From contig CAVYAN010000118.1 of the NCBI GenBank assembly GCA_963766075.1, positions 1 through 22,411 of the forward strand: a stretch of 22,411 bases of DNA. Reading direction: 5' to 3'. The stretch's first letter is position 1. Each line of letters opens with the position of its first letter. The DNA is from an uncultured cyanobacterium (lineage in GTDB: Bacteria; Cyanobacteriota; Cyanobacteriia; Leptolyngbyales; Leptolyngbyaceae). Under the pieces are notes generated by a model. It was not told where the DNA came from, ran no database searches, and saw nothing but the letters and a program-made list of their open reading frames with translations. Of the stretch, positions 1-8,467 are shown piece after piece. Position numbers and translations under genes: made by a program.

Positions 1-1
1 G

Positions 2-3000
2 GCAGCAGGAGCCGATTTGTTGCTGTATGGCTGTAATTTGGCCGCAGATACCGTGGGACAAAGTTTTGTGAGTCAGATTGCCGCCCTGACCGGAGCGGAT
101 GTGGCCGCATCCACCGACCTGACGGGTAGCAGCGCTTTAGGTGGCGATTGGGATCTGGAATTTGCCACAGGCCACATCGAAGCCTCAGAATTCCTCTCCG
201 GCTGGGCGCAGGCGGCGTATCAGAATGTGCTGGCAACAATTACTGTAACCAGTCTGGCAGATACGGTGGCAGTCGATGGAACCGTCACCCTACGAGAAGC
301 GATTCAATCGGCGAATGGCAACACCCCTGTCAATGCTGATGTGGGGCCGGGAACCTTTGGTGCTGATACCATCAACTTCTCAGTCAGCGGCACCATTACC
401 CTCACCAGTGGACAACTGGGGCTGACAGACAGTGCTTTGACGACGATTAACGGGGCAAATGCCATTACGATTAGTGGCAATAATGCTGGCCGCATTTTTG
501 AACTTGGTAGCGGGGCAGTTGTAGAACTGAATGGATTGACCCTCACCGGTGGAAACCCAACTGGTGGTTTTGCTCTCAGCGACGGTGGTGCCATCTACAG
601 TCAAGGTGCCACCTTAACGGTGAACAAAAGTACCTTCAGCGGGAACTCAGCCCGTTATGGCGGTGCCATCATCAACTATGATGGCAGCTTAACCGTTAAC
701 AACAGCACCTTTAGCGGGAATTCAGCGACTGTCGGTGGCGGTGCGATCGACAGTTCTTCTTTGCGCGGCACAGCATCCCTCACCATCAACAACAGCACCT
801 TTAGTGGTAATTCCGCAGGTTCTGTAGGCGGGGGTGCGATCAACCACGATGCTTTGAACGGAGACGGCACCGCAGTCCTCACCGTTAACAACAGCACCTT
901 TAGCGGGAATTCGGCAACAGGTGACGGCGGCGGCATCAACAACTTCTTTGGTAAGTTCACCATCAATAACAGCCTTGTGGCAGGCAACAGCGCTCCCACT
1001 GGCAGGGAAATTAACGACTCCAGCTTTGAGACCACTGGCCGCAACAACCTATTTGGCTATAGTGGCAGTAGCGGATATGAGGCTTTTGAATATCCTTCCT
1101 GGCCTCTTCCTCACTCCGACTGTCGGCTTGAACCAGATTCTCAACACCACGCTTGCCAACAACGGTGGCCCCACCCAAACCCTGGCGCTGCTTCCCACCC
1201 TGAGCCTGACCGTTCAAGCCAACAAAACGGTGACCCTCCTGGAAGATGCATCGTCCACCTCCCTCGGCATCACAGCCCCAACAGCCCCAAATCCGGCGGT
1301 GAATGCTGGATTCAATACGGTTCCTAGTAGCGCTTTTGATCAGCGGGGCACTGGCTTTGCTCGCAGTGTCGGCGCGACCGATATTGGTGCCTTTGAATTA
1401 CAAACTCCCTTGCCCACCCCGGTCATTACAGTAACTGGACTGTCGGATGCGACCAAAGGGGCTGTTTATCTTGCAGGTGGCACCACGGCAGTGACTCTCA
1501 ATCAAAGCTTAACAACTGCCCAGTTAGCAGGATTGGTCTTTAAGCCTGTCGCTAATGCCAACGGCAGTGCAGGTACCTTCAGCTATAGCGTCACGGATGG
1601 CACTAACACGCAATCCCAAACCATCACCCTTAACATCACCCCTGTCAATGATGCGCCCGTGGCAACCAATGACAGCTTCATCACTCGCGAAGACACGGTG
1701 CTTACCGGTAACGTCATTATCAACACGGATCCCAACGGAGCCGATAGCGATCCTGAGAATAATCCTTTAACCATCGCGACGGTGAATGGCAGCGCAGCAA
1801 ATGTGGGCACCCCTATTTCCCTCACCAAAGGCAGCCTCAGGCTCAATGCGGATGGCAGTTTCACTTATACCCCCAATGCCAACGCCAATGGGAGTGATTC
1901 CTTTACCTACACCCTCAGCGACGGCACCACAACTTCCAACACGGCCACCGTCAGCCTCACCATTAACCCCGTCAACGACACTCCAGTCGTTGCCAATCCG
2001 CTTACCAATCAAGCGAGTCCAGAAGACACAGCGGTGAATTTCACCATTCCCGCCAACACCTTCAGCGACGTGGATAACCCCACTCTGACCTTGAGTGCTT
2101 CGCTTGCAAATGACACCGCCCTTCCAGCATGGCTAAGTTTCAATGCCGCCACGGGCACGTTCTCGGGCACGCCGCCCCTCAACTTCAACGGCACCCTGCC
2201 ACTGAAAGTCACCGCTAGTGATGGACAGTTTTCCACTGCCAGTACCTTTGACCTGGTGATTACCCCCGTCAACGATGCCCCGATCGCGACCAACGACAGC
2301 TTCATCACCCGGGAAGACACCCTGATTGTTGGCAACGTGATTGTCAACACGAATCCCAACGGAGCCGATAGCGATGCCGAGAACAATCCTTTAACCATCG
2401 CGACGGTGAATGGCAGTGCGGCGAATGTGGGTACCACTATTTCCCTCACCCGGGGCAGCCTAAAGCTCAATGCAGACGGAAGTTTCACTTACACCCCCAA
2501 CGTCAACGCCAACGGGAGTGATTCCTTCACCTACACCCTCAGCGATGGCACCGATAGCTCCAACACCGCAACCGTTAGCCTTACAATTACTGCGGTCAAC
2601 GATGCCCCCGCGCTAACGGGCACCCCGGCCACCCTCCCCGCTGGCACCGAAGACACCCCGTACATCATTACCACAGCCAATCTACTGGCGGGCTTCACCG
2701 ATGTCGATAGTCCCAGCCTGTCGGTCACCAATGTGCAGGTGAATGGTGTTGCCCTCACCACCAATGCAGCGGGGGATTATGTCTTCAACCCACCGCTCAA
2801 TGCCAACGGCGCTTTCACCGTCACCTACAACGTCAGCGATGGGCAAGCCAGCGTCCCGGCTTCCCTGAACTTTACCCTGGCAGCGGTCAATGATGCGCCC
2901 ACAATCGCGGCTCCTACTAGCGTCAGGGTGCAATCGGGCGGCACCGCTATCAGTGGCATCAGCATCGCCGATGTGGATGCTGGCACTGGAACCCTAACAA

Positions 3001-3563
3001 CCACCCTCTCCGTCACCAACGGTAGCCTCAACCTGACCAACCTCAACGGGGCAACGGCAACTGGCTTGAATACAGGCAGCGTGACCCTCACCGGCACCCT
3101 GACCCAAATCAATGCCGCACTGGCGACCCTCCGTTACAGTGGCAGCACCTTCTCCGGGAACACCAACCTGACGGTGAGGGTGAACGACAATGGCAACGTA
3201 GGCAGCGGCGGTGCTAAGACGACCACTCAGACGATCGCCCTGCAAGTCGCACGGGATCTGGGGAACTTAAGCAAGAAAGAGATTGAAGTGCAGGGAACCG
3301 TGAGCAGTAGTGACCCCGTCGATCGCTATCAGTTCACCCTCACTCAAGCAACAACTAAGTTCAAGCTGACGCTCGGCGATCTTGCTGCCAATGCCGATGT
3401 CTATATCTTGAATAGCAACGGAACCGTGGTGGCTTCGTCTACCAATGCAGGAAACCGCTCTGAGGTGCTGAATAACTTGAGTCTGCTGGCGGGCACGTAC
3501 TTTATTGAGGTGCGTCAGGTCAGCGGTAACACCAAATACGAACTCGAAGTGGAAGCCCTTTGA
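2..3563 (+). CDS. Large surface/secreted adhesin-like protein (DUF4347, CSLREA-like, PMP-type beta-helix repeats, choice-of-anchor Q, cadherin-like/tandem-95 Ig repeats, C-terminal PPC domain); 5' truncated, one +1 frameshift at about 1072-1100
   Basis: Frame open from base 2: [11 protein letters not shown]...[14 protein letters not shown]...GGDWDLE (DUF4347 end), TLREAI, repeated [13 protein letters not shown]. It continues in ORF 921..3563 with [46 protein letters not shown] repeats and [25 protein letters not shown] (PPC). Confidence 0.85.
1638..2603 (+). repeat. Intragenic duplication of an Ig-like (tandem-95) module: 1638-1979 and 2262-2603
   Basis: Two highly similar ~340-bp copies 624 bp apart, encoding [19 protein letters not shown]...[12 protein letters not shown]. 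Confidence 0.9.
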
Positions 3564-3574
3564 AGTCTAAAGGG

Positions 3575-3630
3575 GTAGGAGCGGAGCGATCTCGCAAACG
3601 CAGTCCCCGACGAGCAATCGCCCCACTCCT
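3575..3630 (+). repeat. Imperfect GC-rich hairpin just after the adhesin stop (terminator-like or degenerate GTAG REP)
   Basis: GTAGGAGCGGAGCGATCTCG...CGAGCAATCGCCCCACTCCT; arms pair with a few mismatches; no U-tract. Confidence 0.4.
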
Positions 3631-3679
3631 CGAACTCGATCTGCGTGAGGTCTAATACCAAATTAAACTGCAATCGCGG

Positions 3680-3897
3680 CACATCCTCTTCGGCAACGAT
3701 GGTGATGGATGCCCCGTTCGGCGACAAGGGCGACGACACCCTCAGCGGTGGGGCAGGCAATGACAGCCTGTTGGGCGGCAATGGGGATGATGTGTTGCGG
3801 GGTGGCACGGGCAACGACACTCTGAATGGGGGCAATGGCAGCGATCGCTTTGTCCTGGCATCCGGTGAAGGCCCGGACACCATTCAGGACTTCCAGT
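3680..3897 (+). pseudogene. Remnant of RTX/hemolysin-type Ca-binding repeat protein C-terminus
   Basis: ILFGNDGD / [60 protein letters not shown]; +1 shift near 3707, no credible start, homology stops at HIP1 3898. Confidence 0.8.
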
Positions 3898-3912
3898 GCG
3901 ATCGCCGATCTT

Positions 3913-3944
3913 GTAGGGTGCGTTGCTGAACAGCAAACGCACCC
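3913..3944 (+). repeat. GTAG-family REP element
   Basis: GTAG lead, then palindrome GGGTGCGTT-GCTG-AA-CAGC-A-AACGCACCC. Confidence 0.75.
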
Positions 3945-3988
3945 TTTTGTTGGGCATCCTAACATTAATCCTTGACCTGCATTCTCTC

Positions 3989-4046
3989 ATGCCCGACTAT
4001 CGAAGACCTGGAATTACAGGTGGCACCGACTTCATAACCCAAGCCA
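3989..4046 (+). pseudogene. N-terminal stub of REP-associated tyrosine transposase (RAYT/TnpA-REP)
   Basis: ATG 3989 gives MPDYRRPGITGGTDFITQ, matching the RAYT N-terminus MPxYRRxxxxGGTYFxT; flanked by REPs; truncated. Confidence 0.7.
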
Positions 4047-4091
4047 GTAGGGTAGGCACCGCCCACAAAAAATCTCAAGCGTTGCCCACCC
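4047..4091 (+). repeat. Second GTAG-family REP element (degenerate)
   Basis: GTAGGGTAGGCACCGCCCAC followed by a second arm GCGTTGCCCACCC. Confidence 0.65.
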
Positions 4092-4316
4092 CAATTTCAC
4101 TCGCCTTATTCGTCGATTCGGAGGACGCACGACCAAAGCCGTATGATTAACCCGCTTTGGTCTGGGTTAATATGAGGTTAGTGCCAAAGGGTTGATGGGT
4201 GTAGCCTTAGCTGAATCCTATCGGGTAGATAGAGCCTCGCGAAACCTGACGCAAGCAACCCTAGACAACCAGCAACTCTCCGTTGGAAATTTACGTAGTC
4301 AGTAATGGTTACCTCT

Positions 4317-4661
4317 ATGACGTTAGCACTTACCTTGACCAAGCATTATATTGAACAGCGAGAGAACGGATATTGGCTCGAAGGAACGCGTATTTCTCTC
4401 GATTCAGTCGTGTATTCCTTTTTAAATGGAGAATCACCAGAAAGTATTGCCCAAAATTTCCCGCTCCTTTCGCTAGAACAGGTCTATGGTGGAATCACTT
4501 TCTATCTTGCCAATCGAGAGCTTGTGGATGCGTATTTGGAAGAGGGCGAAGCCGAGTTTAAGGGGTTACAACAGTCTTGTCAGGAAAAGAGTCCTCTGTT
4601 GTATCAAAAGTTGTATCAAAAATTGAAAGCGGCACAAGCTCAGAAGCGGAATGCAGCATGA
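4317..4661 (+). CDS. DUF433 antitoxin (VapB45-like)
   Basis: YWLEGTRISLDSVVYSFLNGESPESIAQNFPLLSLEQVYGGITFY; alternative start 4305; ATGA overlap with the next gene. Confidence 0.9.
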   Translation: MTLALTLTKHYIEQRENGYWLEGTRISLDSVVYSFLNGESPESIAQNFPLLSLEQVYGGITFYLANRELVDAYLEEGEAEFKGLQQSCQEKSPLLYQKLYQKLKAAQAQKRNAA

Positions 4662-5011
4662 CAGAAATTCGATTTCAAGCCGATGCCGATCTCAGACAAG
4701 CCATGGTGACTGGCACAATCCGCAGAAAGCCCAATCTGGATTTTCAGTCAGCTAATGAAGCAAGACTTGAAGGAATAAAAGATCCAGAAGTTTTAGCAAT
4801 TGCAGCACGAGACGGCAGGGTGCTAGTCACGCATGATCGCAAAACCATGCATACGGAGTTTGGCGAATTCATCACCTCGCAAACAAGCCCCGGTATTCTG
4901 ATTCTTTCACAGAATCTTCCGGTCAGTACGGCGATTGATGCAATCATCCTGGTGTGGGAAGTATCTGTGGCGGAGGAATGGATCAATCAGATTATGACGG
5001 TTCCATTTTGA
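4658..5011 (+). CDS. DUF5615 PIN-like toxin (VapC45-like)
   Basis: IRFQADADL...GIKDPEVLAIAARDGRVLVTHDRK...SPGILIL; translationally coupled to DUF433. Confidence 0.88.
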   Translation: MTEIRFQADADLRQAMVTGTIRRKPNLDFQSANEARLEGIKDPEVLAIAARDGRVLVTHDRKTMHTEFGEFITSQTSPGILILSQNLPVSTAIDAIILVWEVSVAEEWINQIMTVPF

Positions 5012-5053
5012 AAAGCTGCAAAAGACCTGCTGTTGGCATCTGTGGAAAATACC

Positions 5054-5142
5054 GCATAAACAACGCCCATGCACGCCAACCACCGAAAGCTATCGGTTGT
5101 AATCCAAAGGTTATTTGCGGCGGGTAATGGGCACCGTTATCT
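5054..5142 (+). mobile_element. Integron attC-like recombination site
   Basis: R'' GCATAAAC (AAC 5059-5061), 5-bp spacer AACGC, L'' CCATGCAC (8 nt, one extra base), L' GTAATGG (5124-5130), 5-bp spacer GCACC, R' GTTATCT (5136-5142); 42 bp after the toxin stop. Confidence 0.7.
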
Positions 5143-5448
5143 CGACGACTTGCTTAGCAGGCTACGCTCCTTTATGAAGTTAGCGGCCAGTTTTTGCAAA
5201 AACAGCTCCACCTATTCTGCTAGCAACCGTTTCTAGCCAAGCATGGCCCTCTCCCCATCGGCGCTTCAGCCGCCCCAGGCACTCCAGGAAAAGCTACACT
5301 GAACACTGTCATGGCAAAAAGCCGTGGGGAATTTTTGCTCAACGAACCCAGCCAAACGGACAAGCAAAAAACACTGCCGCAGATTCCCCATGGGCAATTC
5401 GCTTAAACTAGATATTCACTTGCACTAAAGATTAGGAGAACATTTTCT

Positions 5449-5733
5449 ATGCCGAAGGCTGTTTGGAATGGTGTTGTAGTCGCAGAGAGCGATCGCTGCG
5501 AAGTGGTAGAAGGAAACCAATATTTCCCCCCAGATGCCCTAAACCTGGAATACTTTAAGCCCAGCAACACCCACACCACCTGTAGCTGGAAAGGTGTGGC
5601 CAGCTACTACACCTTAGAAGTCGAAGGCAAGTCCAATCCCGATGCCGCCTGGTATTACCCCGAACCCAAAGATGCAGCTAAAAACATCAAAGGCTACATC
5701 GCCTTTTGGAAAGGCGTCAAAGTGGAAGCCTAA
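5449..5733 (+). CDS. DUF427 (NTP_transf_9) family protein
   Basis: AVWNGVVVAES..VEGNQYFPP..TTCSWKGVASYY..DAAWYYPEP..IKGYIAFW; AGGAG RBS. Confidence 0.92.
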   Translation: MPKAVWNGVVVAESDRCEVVEGNQYFPPDALNLEYFKPSNTHTTCSWKGVASYYTLEVEGKSNPDAAWYYPEPKDAAKNIKGYIAFWKGVKVEA

Positions 5734-5754
5734 ATCAGGGGTATAGACTAAAAC

Positions 5755-5801
5755 GCCGTACCCGATCGAGGCCGAGAAGAAAGGCTTCGATCCGGTACGG
5801 C
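5755..5801. terminator. Strong hairpin between convergent DUF427 and hlyD genes
   Basis: GCCGTACCCGATCGAGGCC-N9-GGCTTCGATCCGGTACGGC. Confidence 0.6.
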
Positions 5802-5828
5802 CATTATTAGGTCCTAATGCCGGATCCC

Positions 5829-7271
5829 TTAACGCACGGAGAAGGCTTCGTTGAACCGCCGAGTCACCGGTTCCATCAAGAACGTCATCACGGACTTCTT
5901 CCGGGTCACAATTTCCGCAGACGCCACCATACCGGGAGTCAGCTCCACCTTGCGATCGCGCACAGGAATCGCTGTCCGCTCTAGGCGCACCTTCACCGGA
6001 AACACAGGCCCCATGTCACGCCCAGTTTCGTCTTTCTCGACAATCGCGTCTGGGCTGACATTAATCACCTCGCCCTCCACAATGCCAAACTCCTGATACG
6101 GGAACGTGGCCAGCTTCACCTTCGCCCGCATCCCCTGCCGGATAAAGCCAATATCCCGATTCATCACCTTCACCTCCAGCACCAAGTTTTGGTCCTTCGG
6201 CAAAATAGATAGCATCTCTTCACCCTGCTGCACCGGCCCCTGAGTGGATTTGACGTTATAGACAATCCCATCAAAGGGAGCCTTAATGCTGGCACGCTCA
6301 GTCTTTTGCTGCTTCGCTACAGCAATTTCCCCCATTTTCTTTTGCAACTCTTCCTTGCGCTGGGTGAGTTGGGTGAGAACGGCGGCTTCCCGTTGGGGCG
6401 CAATCCCCTGGGCGGTACTGCTTGCCCCTTCATAGGCTTGTTGGGCCTGCCGGATGCGATCGCCCTGGGCGTCGATTTCCTTCTCGAGTGTGACCACCTT
6501 GTCCTCAGCCTCAGTAATCTGGTCCTGGGCCCGGGTCAACTGATCGCGAGCATTCAGCAATTCCAACCGAGGAACAACGCCCTGCTCCAGTTGTTCCAAA
6601 CTGGTGACACGCTCTTGGGCGTTATCGCGGGTTTTCTTAGCATTGGCCAAATTCGTGCGGGCATTGATCAGATTTTCCTGAAAGCGTTCCAGCCGAGACT
6701 GGGCCTCTTGGATGGCTGCCACCTGACGGTTGGCTTCGGCAACGGCGGCGGCTTGCTTCTGGGTAAATTCCTGTTGCCGCGCGTTTAGGAGCTGATCTTG
6801 CAGGGGCGTACCGCCGTTGGTGGTACCCTGCCGTTCTGCTTCTAGACGATTAATGTCTTCCCGAATCTTTTGCGCATCCTTTTCTAAGCTTTCGACGTTA
6901 GTTTCCACCGCACCGGGAGACAGCTCCACCAACACATCATCCTTGCGAATCGTGTCCCCCGCCTTGACATTCACTTTGCTAATGCTGCCGACGCTGCTAG
7001 CCCGAATGGGTCGCACTTCCGTCGAGGGAATCAGCTTGCCTTGGGCGATCGCCACTTCATCAATCTCACTAAAGTAAGCCCAGGCAATCGCACCCAGCAC
7101 CAGGGCACTGATGCCGCCCGCCAGAATGCGGGTGTAAAGCGGCGGCAGTTCTTGGACCGCTTTACCCAATTCATAGGAAAGCGACTCCTCCGGATTGGCC
7201 AATCGCTGTTTAACCTGGCGCGACTGGGCGGGATTCGGAGAATTTGGCGTGGGAGAAATAGAAACTTTCAT
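5829..7271 (-). CDS. hlyD: HlyD-family type I secretion membrane fusion protein
   Basis: Single TM, IDEVAIAQGKLIP, long coiled coil, IKAPFDGIV, DIGFIRQGMRAKVKLATFPYQEFG, LTPGMVASAEIVT; ATG 7271. Confidence 0.93.
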   Translation of the reverse strand: MKVSISPTPNSPNPAQSRQVKQRLANPEESLSYELGKAVQELPPLYTRILAGGISALVLGAIAWAYFSEIDEVAIAQGKLIPSTEVRPIRASSVGSISKVNVKAGDTIRKDDVLVELSPGAVETNVESLEKDAQKIREDINRLEAERQGTTNGGTPLQDQLLNARQQEFTQKQAAAVAEANRQVAAIQEAQSRLERFQENLINARTNLANAKKTRDNAQERVTSLEQLEQGVVPRLELLNARDQLTRAQDQITEAEDKVVTLEKEIDAQGDRIRQAQQAYEGASSTAQGIAPQREAAVLTQLTQRKEELQKKMGEIAVAKQQKTERASIKAPFDGIVYNVKSTQGPVQQGEEMLSILPKDQNLVLEVKVMNRDIGFIRQGMRAKVKLATFPYQEFGIVEGEVINVSPDAIVEKDETGRDMGPVFPVKVRLERTAIPVRDRKVELTPGMVASAEIVTRKKSVMTFLMEPVTRRFNEAFSVR

Positions 7272-7325
7272 GGGCAATCGGTGGGGTTAAGGGGCGAAAC
7301 CAAGTGGGGCGATCGCGTTGCACTG

Positions 7326-7370
7326 TATCAATCTATTCGCTATCAATCTATGCACTATCAATCTATGCCA
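7326..7370. repeat. 15-bp tandem repeat x3 (TATCAATCTATKCRM-like)
   Basis: tatcaatctattcgc / tatcaatctatgcac / tatcaatctatgcca. Confidence 0.9.
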
Positions 7371-7545
7371 AGCAGGAATCGATGCAAAATATGAATCTAT
7401 GTAAACACATCGGTTGCGAAACTTGAACGAATGACCATCAGGTCGGGCAAATCATGACCAAGACCACTAAGATTAACCCTAGGATGCCCATTCCACATCT
7501 CTAAACTAACGTTACTCTCCTTAATCTCTAATTATCTAATTAATT

Positions 7546-7818
7546 GTGTTGCAATTCTTTCAACTGCTGGTCCAATTTTTGCAACCCTACTGGGTGCCTG
7601 TCTGCTTTGTAGCAGCCTGGAGCATCACGATTCTACTCGGCTGGAGCTTGTGGTCGGCCATGCGAGATACGGCAGTCCGTAGCCATACCATGCATCAAAT
7701 TCCCTGTGCCAACTGCCAGTTTTTCACCCGCGATTATCACCTAAAATGCACGGTGCATCCGGCACAGGCCCTGACGGAAGAGGCGATCGGCTGTGGCGAC
7801 TTTGAAACCCACTTTTAG
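7546..7818 (+). CDS. Small membrane protein with Cys-rich C-terminal motif (conserved cyanobacterial hypothetical)
   Basis: Hydrophobic N-terminal helix, then HQIPCANCQFFTRDYHLKCTVHP..ALTEEAIGCGDF; GTG start. Confidence 0.8.
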   Translation: MLQFFQLLVQFLQPYWVPVCFVAAWSITILLGWSLWSAMRDTAVRSHTMHQIPCANCQFFTRDYHLKCTVHPAQALTEEAIGCGDFETHF

Positions 7819-7833
7819 TTCCTTTCCTCAACA

Positions 7834-7864
7834 GGGCCAAGAGTGGGCCTACACTTCTTGGCCC
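7834..7864 (+). terminator. Hairpin downstream of the Cys-rich gene
   Basis: GGGCCAAGAGTG-GGCCTA-CACTTCTTGGCCC. Confidence 0.5.
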
Positions 7865-7936
7865 AACGCCTGATTCGGCCCCCAGTTCACCCCCAATTCT
7901 CATTCCACACAGCCCCAGATAAAAACGCCTCAGCAT

Positions 7937-7985
7937 AAAAAACGGCACATCCCAGGAGCGTTTTGCTAGCTCTGAGGTGCACCGT
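7937..7985 (-). terminator. Intrinsic terminator of the DUF6679-type gene
   Basis: Minus strand ACGGTGCACCTCAGAGC...GCTCCTGGGATGTGCCG followed by TTTTTT. Confidence 0.55.
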
Positions 7986-8007
7986 CGTCATTCATTCTGC
8001 AGATTGT

Positions 8008-8322
8008 CTAGTCGGGATTGCCATCTGAGGCCCGATTGTTAGGAATTTGTTCGGCTTCGGGACAATCATCAGAAATTAACGGTTCGTAATGGCCCTTGGG
8101 CACGGAGGCGAGCTTTTGGGTGACTGCGCCAATACTTTCCAGGCGAACCATTTCTTCCCAGGAGCAGGTTTCATCTTCTTCCTCGGTTTCATAACGCAAC
8201 GTCACCAGATCGCCTTCAATGTCCAGGATTCGGGCTCGTTCGATCCAGCGTTGCTGGTCCCGCAAGAAGATCCAAACATCACGACCGTCACAACACAGTT
8301 GATAGATCTTGCGGTGTAGCAT
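8008..8322 (-). CDS. Conserved cyanobacterial protein (DUF6679-type), predicted Sm/Hfq-like fold
   Basis: MLHRKIYQLCCDGRDVWIFLRDQQRWIERARILDIEGDLVTLRYE...EEMVRLESIGAV; AGGAG RBS before ATG 8322. Confidence 0.85.
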   Translation of the reverse strand: MLHRKIYQLCCDGRDVWIFLRDQQRWIERARILDIEGDLVTLRYETEEEDETCSWEEMVRLESIGAVTQKLASVPKGHYEPLISDDCPEAEQIPNNRASDGNPD

Positions 8323-8425
8323 GATTGCTTCTCCTGAGCAGTTAATAAATACTTCGCACATTCAAAGTCCCACCGAAAGACACGCAATGCTGTCTCCCAG
8401 CCGGGATAGATATTATCTCGCCTGC

Positions 8426-8467
8426 ACTCAAACTCTGACTACTCAAACTCTGGCTACTCAAATTCTG
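8426..8467. repeat. 15-bp tandem repeat x~3
   Basis: actcaaactctgact / actcaaactctggct / actcaaattctg. Confidence 0.9.

Noticed and set aside
1638..2603. Duplicated module as a DGR template/variable repeat pair
   Set aside because: Differences are mostly synonymous and not adenine-specific; both copies are coding; no reverse transcriptase.
4146..4183. Second attC upstream of the TA pair
   Set aside because: The ATTAACCC/GGGTTAAT palindrome is too short and lacks L boxes and spacers.
4230..4270. GAAA...GACGCAA as a c-di-GMP-I riboswitch
   Set aside because: No GGCAAA and no paired stem around GAAA.
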